This document shows positions 37,311 to 50,400 of a stretch of 52,368 bases of DNA, one piece after another. The stretch covers positions 166,233-218,600 of the forward strand of contig NMRA01000663.1 in assembly GCA_002633005.1 (NCBI GenBank). The letters run 5' to 3'. Below the pieces are notes generated by a model. That model was not told the origin of the DNA. It ran no database searches and saw only the letters and a program-made list of their open reading frames with translations. The position numbers were made by a program, and so were the translations under genes. Source of the DNA: Phoronis australis. Taxonomy: Eukaryota > Animalia > Phoronida. Within the stretch, counting starts at the first letter, position 1. Each line of letters begins with the position of its first letter.

Positions 37311-38007
37311 CCAGTGGAGTAATTATAAATTAAAATGTGCTTCTATGGACGAATAGAGTTCATGAAGCGTTGGGAGCAGGGTGACAAAATGAAATAAACA
37401 ACTCTCCCTATCTAAGTATAAAACTGCATTTTCAAGAATAAACAATTCTACGACTAAGTATGCAGCACAGAAAAAGTAACTGAAATCAGTGTTGAATCCT
37501 AAAACCGGTTCACTATAACTGTATCTACGTACGACAAAATTTGACTTCAGCTGCTTGAATGACAAGGAAAAAAGGAAAACAGTCAGCCCTCAATTATCTT
37601 CACATGAATAGACCTGTGTTATAAGCAGCACAAAAGATATACATGTATAGTCTGGACACCCAAAATAGTTATGAGTCGAACCTAAAAAGGGCGTAGATAA
37701 CAATTACATGTTACGCGATGAGCCGGGCCCCCATGATTGTGCACACACCACGGATACAGTTACAAAAACCTGTTCGGTTTCTAAATCAAGGCATCAAAAA
37801 TGATCTGGATAATGAGTCGAACAAAGCGCGTAGGTCTATTCAGTGTAAATGAATTAGCGCATATGACACAAGCCCCATTAGAGGACAATGACCGATGCAC
37901 TTACGAAAACTTTCTGTTGAGTTTCTAAATCAACTGAGGCATCGAGCCCGGTCCAGATATATTAGTCAATGTTTGCAGCATTCCCACTCTTGTCTGGCAT
38001 GACAACT

Positions 38008-38119
38008 CAGGGGCGGATCTAGGATTTTTGATTAGGGGGGCCAGGGTAGAGTATTAGCCAGGATTTTGGCCGTCACTGAGACTTTCGCACCCTGAACCGC
38101 CCAATGGAATCCGCCACTG
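38008..38119 (+). mobile_element. 112-bp MITE with a perfect 5-bp TSD
   Basis: CAACT|CAGGGGCGGATCT…AATCCGCCACTG|CAACT. Confidence 0.9.
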
Positions 38120-38725
38120 CAACTCGCAGAGTTTCTAAACCCATTCATCAACGGGTATCAGAGAACAGATACCTAACACAGTTATCTAATGTTTTTCTTC
38201 AGGTAAAACTGCAAGTTAAGTTTTTGCAAGGAACGCGATAATTTTAGAAGTCAAACAGTTCGAGAAGTCACCAGTTATAGTCGACAGTAGTCACCAGTTT
38301 TAATCAACGATACATGAATTAATTTTAGCCAGTGCTCAGTTAATGCCGCAACACAGGGCTAATTGTCCATGCATCGCCAGCACCCATCTTTTACATGGCT
38401 GTTAACTTTGCTATCACTTTGTCTATATAAACACAGCGAACAATGTTGATTGCATGGGGTAACCAAGACTGTGATTGCGAATCCGGCGACTCAACTATTG
38501 CAAGCACATCGGGGAGTTGAGGAAGGTTATGGTGAATGTGATTGACAGCCGCCCGTCTCGAGAGACAATGTATGTGGAGCCTTCTGTCGGTCACTGGTTG
38601 AATTGCAGCGTTGGCTGAAGCGGCATGTTCTGTTGCAGTTGTCACAGCTAGGCGTTCAGCACGAGCAGATGTTGCCCGGACACCTGTTTTCTTTAAGTAG
38701 AGTCTGCTAATCTTCTCTTCCTTGC

Positions 38726-39146
38726 CATAGGCGGAATTATGGAGGGGGGGAGGGAGTCTGCCCAGGGGCAGATCCAGGATTTTGATTTAGGGGGGGGGGG
38801 GGCAGGGCACGGGAATAACCAGAATTTCGACAGATGCGCGAGCCCAGCCTAAAATGTGGGGACGCAGAGGCCTCGAATTTTTGGCGGGGTCTCAGACCTG
38901 TTGACTAAAAAAAAAAACGGTAAACGAGGTTTGTTCAGAGCCTATGCGTTGTTTATTCACCCCCGACGAGCCCCTGCTTGCGCGCACCCGAAATCCCAAA
39001 TGGTATCTGGTAGAATTTTAGGGGGGGGGGCATAGCCCCCTTGGCCCCCCCTAAATCCGCCACTGCTGCCCCCCTCCCTTGGCTGCCCGAGTAACATGAA
39101 ACATGCAGCAACAGCGCGAGGAATAGGCTGAATAGATCCGCCACTG
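38726..39146 (+). mobile_element. Triple-nested MITEs
   Basis: Outer 38726-39146 (TSD CTTGC/CTGGC); middle 38763-39065 (TSD CTGCC/CTGCC); inner 38833-38988 (CATGCGCG family, TSD CGACA/CGAAA). Confidence 0.8.
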
Positions 39147-41437
39147 CTGGCTCACTGGTCCGTTTCAATGCATATGCCAATTCAGACAGATTTAGATATT
39201 TACTTCCCAAAGCATCACGAACCTGGGATTTGTACTTTAAAGCTGTGTCATTAAAACCCGCAAGTCCCAAGCCAATTGTAAGAAAAAAATTTCATTTGCT
39301 TACAGGAAGTTAGGTCGCCAGTGTTCTACTAGATAGGCCCGAGTATTTTGTTGTTTTGCATTTTGGACAATATGAATGTTTTGTAATTCCAGAACCGTAG
39401 GAAGTGGGGGGCACCGACGGTGACGGCTACCCCAAAAAAATTTTCAGGCTTCTGGGTTGTTAAACCCGGCGTGGCAACCGACATAGCCGTGGTGCCGGGC
39501 ATAGTCCTGAAAAGAAAGACTGCGAAGTACCGATAAGAGAGAAAATTCAGAACATTTAACAACTCTGCATCAGTGCATGGTTTACCATCATGTACCTTTT
39601 GTGGAACCTGGCCAGGACACTGTCGTTAGGGTCTCCGCTTTTGCAGGTCGTCTTAACGCACAAATATATTTCGAAAAATCGATAAAATTAGTAAAGCAAA
39701 GCTTTTGCGGAGCGTACTAATTTACTGAATGTTTAAATTCAACAAGTCAATTTTGCGAATGCAAAACTATATTTTCCAGAGGCCTCTCTCTGGCAAGGAA
39801 TAACGGAGACAACTTTCGCTTTATTTTTTCTCGAAAGTACACCTTAGAAAAATCGATGACCTGTCAGATAACATCAGTTGCTGCGCATTTCCTGATATTT
39901 GAAAATACATATATTTTCATACTTTGGGGCTCCGCTCTTGAAGGAGGCCATTGATGACTTTTAGGTGGCCACCTCTTAGTGTTTTTATTGACCAATTCCT
40001 AAGGGGCCGCTCATGAAGAGAGGGCCCAATGTTGGAATCGATTACCTCTATTTTCCTCTTTTTGTGAAATCGTGCAACTGGCTTTCATGTTGAAGATCAT
40101 TCCCTGCATCGTTTTGGGACCACACGACGGTGGAATGAACTATCGCTCTTTTTTCCAAGCTTAATGATGTTTAGCCTTTCATCTTAAGATGTCCCATTTC
40201 AGACAGGGCCCTCTCTCGGTAGAGCAGTTCGGGGTAAATGTCTCTTTGTCCCTCTTTATATGTAAATCCGACACTGCCAAGTATTCACGAGGGAAGTTGA
40301 AATTCCAAATTCATCAAAAAAAAAAATCGTGCACAGCACAGCCATTTGACCAAAGCAACTAAAAATTTTAAAAAATACAGTAGGATTGCCGCCATCGAAA
40401 GGGTAGACTTTGAAGAACGTGAAGACCGCTACTTGTGAAGTACAAGTATACAAAAGAACTATTTTCGATGATTACGGGTAGTTATAAAATAAGGTTGCCG
40501 TTTCCCGTAGTATCACAAGAATAGTATCTCTTTTGAAGACGGTTACTGCGAGTTGTTTGTAAGGAATTCCCACACGTGAAAAACAGTGTCTTGGCTATTT
40601 GTGATGATCGTTCACATGTCGAAAAGGGTACTCAAAGAACTCTCGCAATCATAAACAAAGATTTCAGCGGTTTTTATCAGTGGAGTTCAAATTTACATCG
40701 TGAACCGTTATAGGTACCTCTGAAATGAGCACATCCCGCCCCTGGTATGATAAGTCCGTGGGAGTACGCGTGCGGAAATTCCTTATAACATATCTGTTTG
40801 ATAAACAAATTCGTTGGTTTCTGATTTACTTGTTTGTGTATCTACGAAAATCAATAGATTCATGGATGATTTTTGTTAACTAGAAGCTAATCTTGTTAGA
40901 ACTGATGATGTTTAAGTGAATTTAATTGCAGCCTGAAGTTGGAAAAACTCTATAATCAGATCCCCATGAAATGGTGAAGTACACTTGCATATAACTCTCA
41001 AAGACATTGATGAAATTCGGACAGACAAACCGTAGATAGAAAAAGTTTTAAAATCCTTAAATAAATAAAATTAAACTCATTGCTTGGAAAGGTTGTCTTT
41101 GCACCTTTTCAAAAACCTCCTTCAAAGAATGAACATTAAAAAATAAAGTATTCCCGAAACTGGATCGCAATAAAATGAATCTCGACCTTAGAGCGAGCGC
41201 AGACGGCCGGTACGAGCTAAGCTGCCTGTCTAAAGTGAATCACAGTTGAGGTGACCGGCAACTAGCTTTAGTTTATTATCGACAATTTCGTATTTTCACA
41301 CTGATAGCTGATCTCAGCTATAGCCACTTGAGGCAGCTCCTCGCTACCGGTCAGTGTACTAGGCCCATTCTTACTCTCCGTGTTGGTTCACGGTCACTCA
41401 ACTCTTAGGCCTAATGGCTGGATCCCAGGGATTGTCA

Positions 41438-41657
41438 CAGGGGCGGATCCAGGATTTTGAGTTAGGGGGGGCCAAGGCAGAGTATTAGCCAGGATNCCAC
41501 CGGTGTCTCCCCACGGGAGAGATTTGGTACAAATATCAGTGGTGGCATCGGGAGAATGCGGGGGCGAGACCGAGGTGGTGGCGATGGGGGATTTATTTGA
41601 CAATCTAGAAATGGTTTTTGCCCCCCCCCCCCATAATTTTTGCCTTCCTATGGGCCT
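41438..41657 (+). mobile_element. CAGGGGCGGATCC MITE head, joined across an N to another element
   Basis: 41438-41495 is nearly identical to 38008-38064; N at 41496. Confidence 0.6.
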
Positions 41658-42336
41658 GAATTAGTATGTGAATATTAAGCAAAGCTTCTAATTCTGAGCC
41701 TCTCACAAAGAAATAGAGTTCTAGGCAATCACCTTTAAATATTAAACTGGTTGGCACTAAATACGTGTCTACATAGTCACAAGATCATATATTTAACAAT
41801 CCAATGACAATTTAACTTTATAATACTGAAACTAGAATATAGGAAATATTAAAAATAAAACTTGAATAATTATAAAAAGAGTTTGCTAAACTAACAAGTT
41901 TCAAGAACTCTAAAGCAACAAGTAACAAGTTATGAATTCATGAGCATTTCAACCTGCTTTTGCAAAGTGGTAAAACTTAGCCCTACTAACAGCCAATAAT
42001 TCCTTCTATGGTAAATGAAAATATCCAGCAAATTCAAAGGGAATCTAGAGGCAAGAAAGTCACCTATTTGCTATTCTTGACACATTTTAAGACAATGTTG
42101 TTATTGAAGATTCTTTAATCGTCCAGTGTCGTGCCCTTATTCATTTCTTGCTTCTCAGTGTATTAACAAAAACATGAAATAGGTAAAGTCTGGTTGAATG
42201 CACTTACATGTATATCCCCTTCCACGGGATGCTTCTTATCTCTCAAAGTTAGCAACCGATGGTAAAATTTCGCCAAATTCGTACAAAAAATAATCCCCAA
42301 AATTGCCCTATTAAATTTTACAAAGACTTCTAACAT

Positions 42337-42657
42337 TAAAAATATTGAGTAAAGATCCCTTTAGGGACTAAAGAAACCGTAACTTGACGTGGCAAGTGTA
42401 CAGCCACTTTGTTCATTATCTCACATACTTGATTCAACCCCCGGTAGAATAAAACAATAAAAACAGTACCAGAGATTCCCTAATGTCCGGGGGGGGTTCC
42501 CGTAACAGGTCTAAATACACTGAATAGAACGACAGAGTGTGCACCCGGTGATGAATCAAATCCGTGAGATATGGACGAATTGGCTGTACACTTTCCACAT
42601 CTCGATACAGTTTCTTTGGTTCCAAAAGGGATCTTTACTCTTTACTCAATATTTTTA
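42337..42657. mobile_element. Fold-back element/MITE with ~105-110-bp inverted arms
   Basis: TAAAAATATTGAGTAAAGATCCCTT…AAGTGTACAGCCA…ATCTCAC…TTGATTCA pairs with 42545-42657. Confidence 0.85.
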
Positions 42658-44172
42658 TCATTTAAATGGAACCCAGTAATATACACAGTCTCAAATCTAA
42701 CATTGCTGTCACTGAATCAAATTTTTCATAATATTAATTAAAGGTAGCTATGGTACAGAACTTGTACGTGGAGAAGCATTAATTTGGCATTGCATATCTT
42801 ATGTCCTTTATTAGCAAGGCTTTACCATGTAACATTACCATCCTATTAATAACACAGCACAAAAGATGTTGAACAACAAAGCTGTCTCAAATTACAACTT
42901 TGAAACTACCACATTCATAACAACAGTCCAATAAAGTATCTGAATAAATAAGCAGCTTGTATTACAGTTATCGTTAACATCAGAATGAAAAGAAAATGAG
43001 AGAATCTTCACTGATGGACATGTGACGAAACGTTATTAACAACGATGGTTGATGTTTTTCCATCACCACAGTATAGTGCAGTGTAAACTAGAGAGTTTTA
43101 CAATCTGTACGTATGCTGCTTAGACTGCCTATTACAGAATTTGTCAAAACCTAGTGCCAAGTTAAAAGTGACATTAACAGTGAAAAAGGTGATTTTTTGA
43201 GACAATCGTCAGAGCGGAATCAAACCTACAACCCCATGGTCACAGTCTAACACTCTGGTGGCGGAACTAAACTTCACTCAACAAATAACAGAGTATTTTA
43301 AACACAATTAAGACAAGCATTAAGTCACCGGCCTTTATTTCATCATAAGCCTGGCAGACAATGGCGGGAATTGTAGACTTGTAATAGCAATGGTTTTTTC
43401 AGTGTCATATAGCTCTTGTCAAAGCTAATCATGTTCAAGGAGTCTATTCCCTCACACAATCTCCCCAAAAATAAGTTTTTCACACCTAAAACTAATAGTG
43501 TCCCTTAAACAGTCAAGAATAACTGAATGGACCCGCTGTTCATGCCTACTGAAGAGCCGGGGTTACACTCACTCTTATGGCCATACGTACACCACACCAT
43601 ACATGTTTTTCGAAACACCTCACGTTTTTTTTATTGGTGACAAATTTTGTCATTGAACCAGCTAGCACGTACAACACAGAAATGCCTTTTTTGTCGTAAG
43701 CAAGCACACACCACATGCTTTTATATCGGTGACCGTGTTGAAAACTCGTACAGTGAACGCTGGCCTCACAGTCAGACTTTACTAAGTTGTAACATTTTCA
43801 TTGTTCAAAAATAAGCATTTTTTACCATTTGCACACTTTCCTTTTACATAAACAATGCCTGCAGAGACCTCTTCATGTGATTCATTTCCCTCTTTTGCTA
43901 AAAGAAAGCGTAACAAGTTGTTTACATGGCAAGCAGGTACAGTTTTACCACATAATCTGGCATTCACTGTCAACAAGCGCCACTAACTAAACATCGTTCT
44001 TAAAAAATGAAGAACAACAAATCGCGAGGTACTGGCGGTTTTACACTAGTCAAGCTCTACAAATAATTGTTCTGGCCAGATTTGGGTGATTATTTAGTTA
44101 ATGCTGTTAATTGTATGTTTCTACAGAATTCTGTGCCCTCTGCAGTAAAACAATGTGTTATCCAAATTATCT

Positions 44173-47100
44173 AACAAGAGCAACGTGGAGCGTTGAAATG
44201 CGCCCACGAATGCACCGCTAATGGTGTACTTTTAGGGGTATTTATTTGGAACATAAAAATGGCCACTAGATGGCACGCAAAATACGTCGAATCTATCCGA
44301 AAACTTGTATGTGTCATCAAAGCTATTTACCAAATTTCATAAAAATCCGTCAAGGAACTTCTGAGAAACAGTGGAAAGCGAAAAAATGAAATTGTTACAA
44401 ATAGATATCTATCTGCCATTGAAGATAGAGATAAAATTAAAAAGACTAGCCACTAGGGGGCACACTGGTAATCGGATCCACCCCAAAGTCATTGTCATTT
44501 GTTGTCAAGCTCATACTTGCTAAATTTAATGGAGATCCCTCAGAGGGTTTCAGAGAAACAGCCATGGGCATAAAAACTGCCACTAGGAGACGCCACAGTT
44601 ATTGAGGTCGTCACATTTGGAACATACATGCCAATTTCCATAATCATCCTTGGAGTGGTTTGGTTGACAGAGAGGCAGATGCCAAAAAACAGTAAAAATG
44701 GTCACCAGGTGGCGCAAAATGCCTCGAATTTAACCGAAACTGGATGATAGCATCACCTCACTAATAGATGCCTATCTGCCAAATTTCATGAAAATCCACT
44801 GAGGACCTTTTAAGATAGATGTAAACGTAAAAAAAAAACTAAAATTGCCACTAGGGGGCACACCGGCAGCCCGATCCGTCCGAAAGTCATCGTCCTCTGT
44901 TGTCAACTTCATGTATATACACCAGCAAAATTCATTAAACATCCGCATTTAGGAGATACAGCCATGGGTGCAAAAACAAACAAAACTGACACTACGAGGC
45001 ACCATAGTGGTCGAAGTCATAGGGAAATCATCGTCAGCTGCCCTATGTATAGCAAGAAGAACATACATGCCAATTTTCTAAATCATTCCTAGAGCGGTTT
45101 GGTTGATAGAACGGCAGACTCCGAAAACAGACTAAAAATAGTAAAAATGGCCACTAGATGGCGCAATTAAGTACCTCAAATCTGTCTGAAAACAAGGGGA
45201 TGGCATCATCTTACTAATAGATGCCGAGCCCTAACTGCCAAATTTTAAGAAAATCCATTGAAAACCTCCAAAGATACAGAGGTAAGCCTAAAAAATTGAA
45301 CTTGCCACTATGGGGCATACCGGTAGTCAGAGAAGTCCAAAATTCGTCTTCATCTATCATCAGCTTTATAGGACCACATCTGCCAAATACCATCAAGATC
45401 CTATGAGGGATTTAAAAGACACAGCCATGGGCGCAAAAACAAACAAAACTGCCACTAGGAGGCACCACAGTAATCAAAGTCATTAGAACATCGTCAGCCA
45501 CTCTCTTCACAGTAAGAACATACATGCCGATTTTCAAAATCATCCCTAGAGCGGTTTGGTTGATCGAAGTGCGGAGGCAAAAAATGGTGGACGCCGAAAA
45601 CATACTTGAAACCAGTAAAAATGGCCACTAGGTGGCGTAAAACACCTCGAATCCAACCAAAAATGGGAGAATGGCATCATCTCACTAATAGATGCCTTAA
45701 AGGAGAATGCCACGGTCTATATCCACATCGCCTATTATACGGACGACCTCACCTTGCCGAGAGGTGTCACATTAACCTGTGAGGAAGGTGAGAAACGACG
45801 CAGCGACGTCAGTGGTTCATCTGCAAAGTGAATGCTGTATATTGCGGGGCATCGTTCCCGCTTGTCCGAACTGGAAGCTGCAAAAATGTGGATATATCGT
45901 TTTTTTGACTTCCTCGAGAGCTCGAAGTGATTACAATATAGGAAGTGGCTCGCGGTAGTGAAGAATGAAATAGCAAGTATGAAGCCGTGAAACATCTCCA
46001 TGTCTGTGGCCGCCATTTCATCAACAGTGATTTCTCTGACGAATTCCGGCTTACCAAAGAACTATTCATACGTTCCGTTGCCTGTGCATGTTCACGGCGC
46101 CTCTCTAGCAATCCTTGATCAGTCTATTCTGGTTCGAACTGATAGCCTGTGAAACCTAACGATCTGGCCCGTGAAGTCTTGACTAAGTCAGAATTGGCAG
46201 CGGGCGAGTTGCCATGTAAACGTTTATTATTCTTCGTTCTGTTTCAAAATGAATAATTCTCATCCTATTCAATGCTTATATGAAACCTTTGCAGTATTCG
46301 TGAGTGCAAATGTTGTGAAGCCAGCAATGAATAAACCACTGCGTTACCGGGCACCGAGGCCGTGTGAGCGCATGCTAATTCAGTGTTTACTGACAGAAAG
46401 CTGTAGTGAAACATAATACGCTATGGTCATATGTTAGGGGAAACTTTATTTAGAAATGCAAACAAATTATTCAAATCATTGTTACAGTACAACCTTCGCC
46501 CTGACGGTATGTGGAAGGGGAACCCGACTTCGCGGCCCCCGATCAGCAAGTAAGTAGATTTACAGTTTCGTGGCTAATTCACATAAATAATTACGTGGAC
46601 ATTATTTCTTTGGCTCACTATTATAGTCTTTTCATGATTGGAGGTATATTTTCCAACTCAAGCTGGTTTATGATCGTGCCAGTCCCGGCGGTCACGACGG
46701 GCCTGATCGGGTTCCGAGCCACTGGCCTGGATTACAAGCGTTTTGCTTAATGTTTAGAACTCAAAAAATCAAAAGTATAAACAACGCACATCTAGGTTCT
46801 CCTGTCTGTATTTCACAGAAGAATACTTCGAATTTATCTCCGAACAGACCCCAAACTCTTGCTACAGACCTTGGTAAATTGGCCTGGCTAACTTAGAAGG
46901 CTACAGTGTGTCCAAAACCAGTAAATCCGTAACAGCGAAATAAAACAACACGCTTTTATAAGAACTCGGTGTATTTTTAAGGGATGTACATCGAAGTTTG
47001 ATGATTTATTGGTGTTAAACGATGAATTCAAGCGATAAGTTGACACCACTAACCCGTGTTGTGAACTGCTGAACAGACTGCGTGTGAAACCAATTACGTC

Positions 47101-47477
47101 ATTGGATAATTTCAACACCTACGTCTGCCTTCAGGTGTCGGGTAACGCAACCGAACATGCCATCATCGAGTAGAACTACTCTATCTAGATTGATACAAAA
47201 TAGGTTGTTTTTTGGGGGGCATTCTCCTTTAAACTGTCAAATTTTATGAAAAGCTGTCGAGGACCTCCGAAGATACAGAGGTAAGCGTAAAAAACTGGTC
47301 ACGGTAGTCAGAGATCCAAAATTCGTTGCCGTCCCGTCGTCAGCGTCATAGGAACACATCTGTCAAATCTCATTAAGATCCTGTGAGGAGTTTAGGAGAT
47401 ACAGCTGCGGACGCCGGACGCCCAGATAGAGATGACGGCAATATGCGACCACATGTAAACATGTGGGCGCATAAAAA
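44173..47477 (-). mobile_element. Full-length DINE-1/HINE-like element (reverse orientation), interrupted by the Kolobok-like element
   Basis: AACAAGAGCAACGTGGAGCGTTGAAATGCGCCCAC (3' end) to GTGGGCGCATAAAAA (5' end); 10 plus-strand CTCF-like motifs between 44260 and 45640. Confidence 0.85.
45701..47228. mobile_element. Non-autonomous Kolobok-like DNA transposon
   Basis: TTAA|AGGAGAATGCC…GGCATTCTCCT|TTAA (11-bp TIR, TTAA TSD, purine start unlike piggyBac). Removing it restores the host monomer GATGCCTTAAACTGTCAAATTTT. GYQFEPE remnant at 46124-46147(-). Confidence 0.8.
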
Positions 47478-50400
47478 GGCAGTAAACTGAATTTCTAATG
47501 AACTGGAGGCCAGTTTCAACACTTACGGTAAATTACACACTAATATTGCCAGTATTGCTGTTCAATGCCAATTAAATCTGTGTTATTCACAAAAATCAAA
47601 AAGGTTTTACTGCCAGTAGATTTATTGGTGAAAACATTCAATTGATTTATGATATTATTTGTATATCTGAGCAACTGAATATTCCAGGTTTGCTGGTCCT
47701 CATGAATGTTAAGAACATTTTCCAGTCAGTCTCTTGGGATTTTCTACAAAAATCTCTTTCCTTTATTCAATTTTGGTCCAAACATCCAAAAGTGGATTTC
47801 ATTGCTTAACAAGAGAGATATGGCCTGTGTTATTCAGTATAGAATAACATCTCCATTTTTTGAAATGAGTAGAGGATGTAAACCAGGTCACCCTTTGTCT
47901 TCCTATCTGTTTTTGCTCTGTACCGAAATTATAGAAAATCTGTTCAGCAGGATAAAGAACACAAAGGTAATGCAGATTGACTTTAAATTAGTCCAATATG
48001 CTTATGACACCGCCATTATCATCGACGGTTCAGAAGGATTGTTAAAAAACCCTCTTGACCTACTTGATCAGTTTTCGAAGTATTCAGGTTAAATTCTGAA
48101 TTTAGATATAACAACTTGCATCTGGATAGGTGCCGTCAAACATATTGATTCAAAGAGTCCTGAAAAATCTTTAAAATGGTCCCAGGTCACAATTTACAAT
48201 ACTTGGGATAATTTTTTATAATCCCAATAAAGAAACAAGTAATATTAATTTCAACCTTTAAAAGGTCGATATCAAAAAGGAAATAGTAAGATGGTCAAAA
48301 AGAAATTGAAATACTCTTGAAAAAATAGTTGTAAAATCGTTTCTTCTCCCAAAACTGACCCATGTTGTGTCGTGCTCGCCAATTCCCAATGACCCGTTTT
48401 GTAAAAATATGGAAAAATGTCCTTTAATTACATTTGGGCTGGAAAATGTGAAAGAATTGGTCGTAAAACCATGATTCAACAGTGTAAAGTAAGGGGATGT
48501 AAAATGATAGACCTTTAGGTTTTTTTAAAAGCAACCAAAATTAAATGTATGCTTATATTAGGATCTTGAAAGCCATTTTCTGCCACTGATCATAGTGCAT
48601 GGTTAAATCTTTTGTTAAGCACTGACTTAAAATCACTGCATTGTCTAAAATTTGGGAAATACTTCTACAAGCATGCTGCTACCTAAGAACCTTTTTGAAA
48701 AGGAATATTTCATTTCTCAAATATAACTGATCGCGAAGAGATACCATACCAACCAATGTCAAGATTGGTGGAGAAACCCTAATTTTGCGAGTATAAAAAG
48801 GGTATTACTATTTGCTTTATCTCAGATCTCTTAGACAAGGACAAGTTTTTATTGTCGTTTGATGGCTTTTGTAAAAACTTCAATTTTAGATATTAGTTGT
48901 TTTCTGAAATTTTATGGCCTCAGAGAAACTATTTGTTGTAAATGAAAAATTTTGAAACTAGACAATTTTCATTACTGTGTAACTTTTATGCCAAATTTTG
49001 AAAAATTGTTGCTTGCAGATAAGACATATTGTTGACATTGTTTTGTGCTTGCTAAATATTGTAGACATAGGTCTGAGGTGAAATGGCAGACATACCTTGC
49101 TATACCTGGTACTTCTGATCGGTGGAAAAAATGCTAGCTGTGTGAATTTTACTCTTGATGTGAAGTTTCGGTGGTTTCAGTTTAGACTGTTTCATAGAAT
49201 GATCATTTGCAATTCTTATCTTGTGAAAATTGGTGTTAGTAATCTCCTTGTGTACTTTCTGTAAGTGGGAACCTGAGCCTTTGCTTCATATATACAGTGT
49301 TTTGTTGTTTACTATTTTTGGAGCACGGTAGAAAACTGGCAGGGTTAGACATAGAACCAATATCACTCTGGCTAATAATGTAGTTAAAGTTCCATCTGGC
49401 AATAGATGTAGAAACTATCCAGTGCAAAACTTACGTATAGTTTTATGCCTTTTGTAAATTTCACTTATATAAGCAACGCCTCAGAAGTTAACCTCCAAAC
49501 GTAACTATATTGCAAAAAGAAATAGATCTATTGTTCCAAGGAATACATTTATTAAAAAAATAGAATTGGTCAAGTTTACAAATGGATGGTCAAAAACGAA
49601 AGGTTTAATGACAATTTAAAATCACATCTTGTAAAACACTATTCTCTATCTTCTTCAGGAATTGTGTATTGCAAACTATTCTTGATACTCCTTAATTGTT
49701 ATATGTTTTTCTTTGTTCATGTTTTGTTAATCAGTATGTTTTTTCTTTATTTATTTCTTGTTAATCAAGAATGCAGCTTGGTGTATATATTATTTTAGTT
49801 AAATCCTACAATCTGAAGGCAAGGGAATCCCAGATCTTTGTCCTTGCTCATCTGAACTGGGAAAATTGTTAAACCATCCAGAGAATGAATGAGTCCTCAC
49901 CGAAGACACTTTTTTGGACAGGGTATGGCATCGCGGAATCTAGAATACCAACCCTTTCAGAAATATCGGTAAAATGAAAGCCCTCCCTCTAAGAAAGTAA
50001 GCATTACTAAAGAGGGAGCCATTTGTGGGAGCACGTATTAATGAAAACACCACAGACTATATTGTCATTGTCATTGTCTCAGGGATAGACATCACTGCAC
50101 ATTGGACAGGTCAACAAGTGCTCAGTCCTTCTCTGCAGCAGCCAAGAAAGTGTCACACTGCTGATGGTTCCCGTGTTGAGCTGGTTAATCTGGTATCTAC
50201 TTTCTCCACTATAACTACGAGGAAATACATTATCAGGCAATGAAATACACAAAACTGCAAAATGCTTGCCCAAACAGGTAGGTCGGTACATTCTACTAGC
50301 ACCTCCTATAGGAACACTCGTGTACACATTTAAATTTCGAGAGTATGCTTACCATGTCGGCAATCACTTTTCCTTTGAATGCTCGCAATTCATGGCGAAT

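Larger units (their letters stand above)
43990..49790 (+). mobile_element. Decayed L1/Tx1-type LINE ORF2, split by the HINE-like insertion
   Basis: KSRGTGGFT…FWPDLGDYLVNAVN…CVIQII up to 44172 resumes at 47478 with NWRPVSTL…NQKGF…RFIGENI, SRGCKPGHPLSSYLFLLC, QYAYDT and KFRWFQFRLFHR…CTFC. Confidence 0.85.

Noticed and set aside
43200-43262. tRNA-like sequence on the minus strand (B box GGTTTGATTCC)
   Set aside because: No complete cloverleaf; more likely a SINE head, too degenerate to call.
45701-47228. piggyBac classification because of the TTAA TSD
   Set aside because: Termini begin AGG rather than CC(C/T), which fits Kolobok better.
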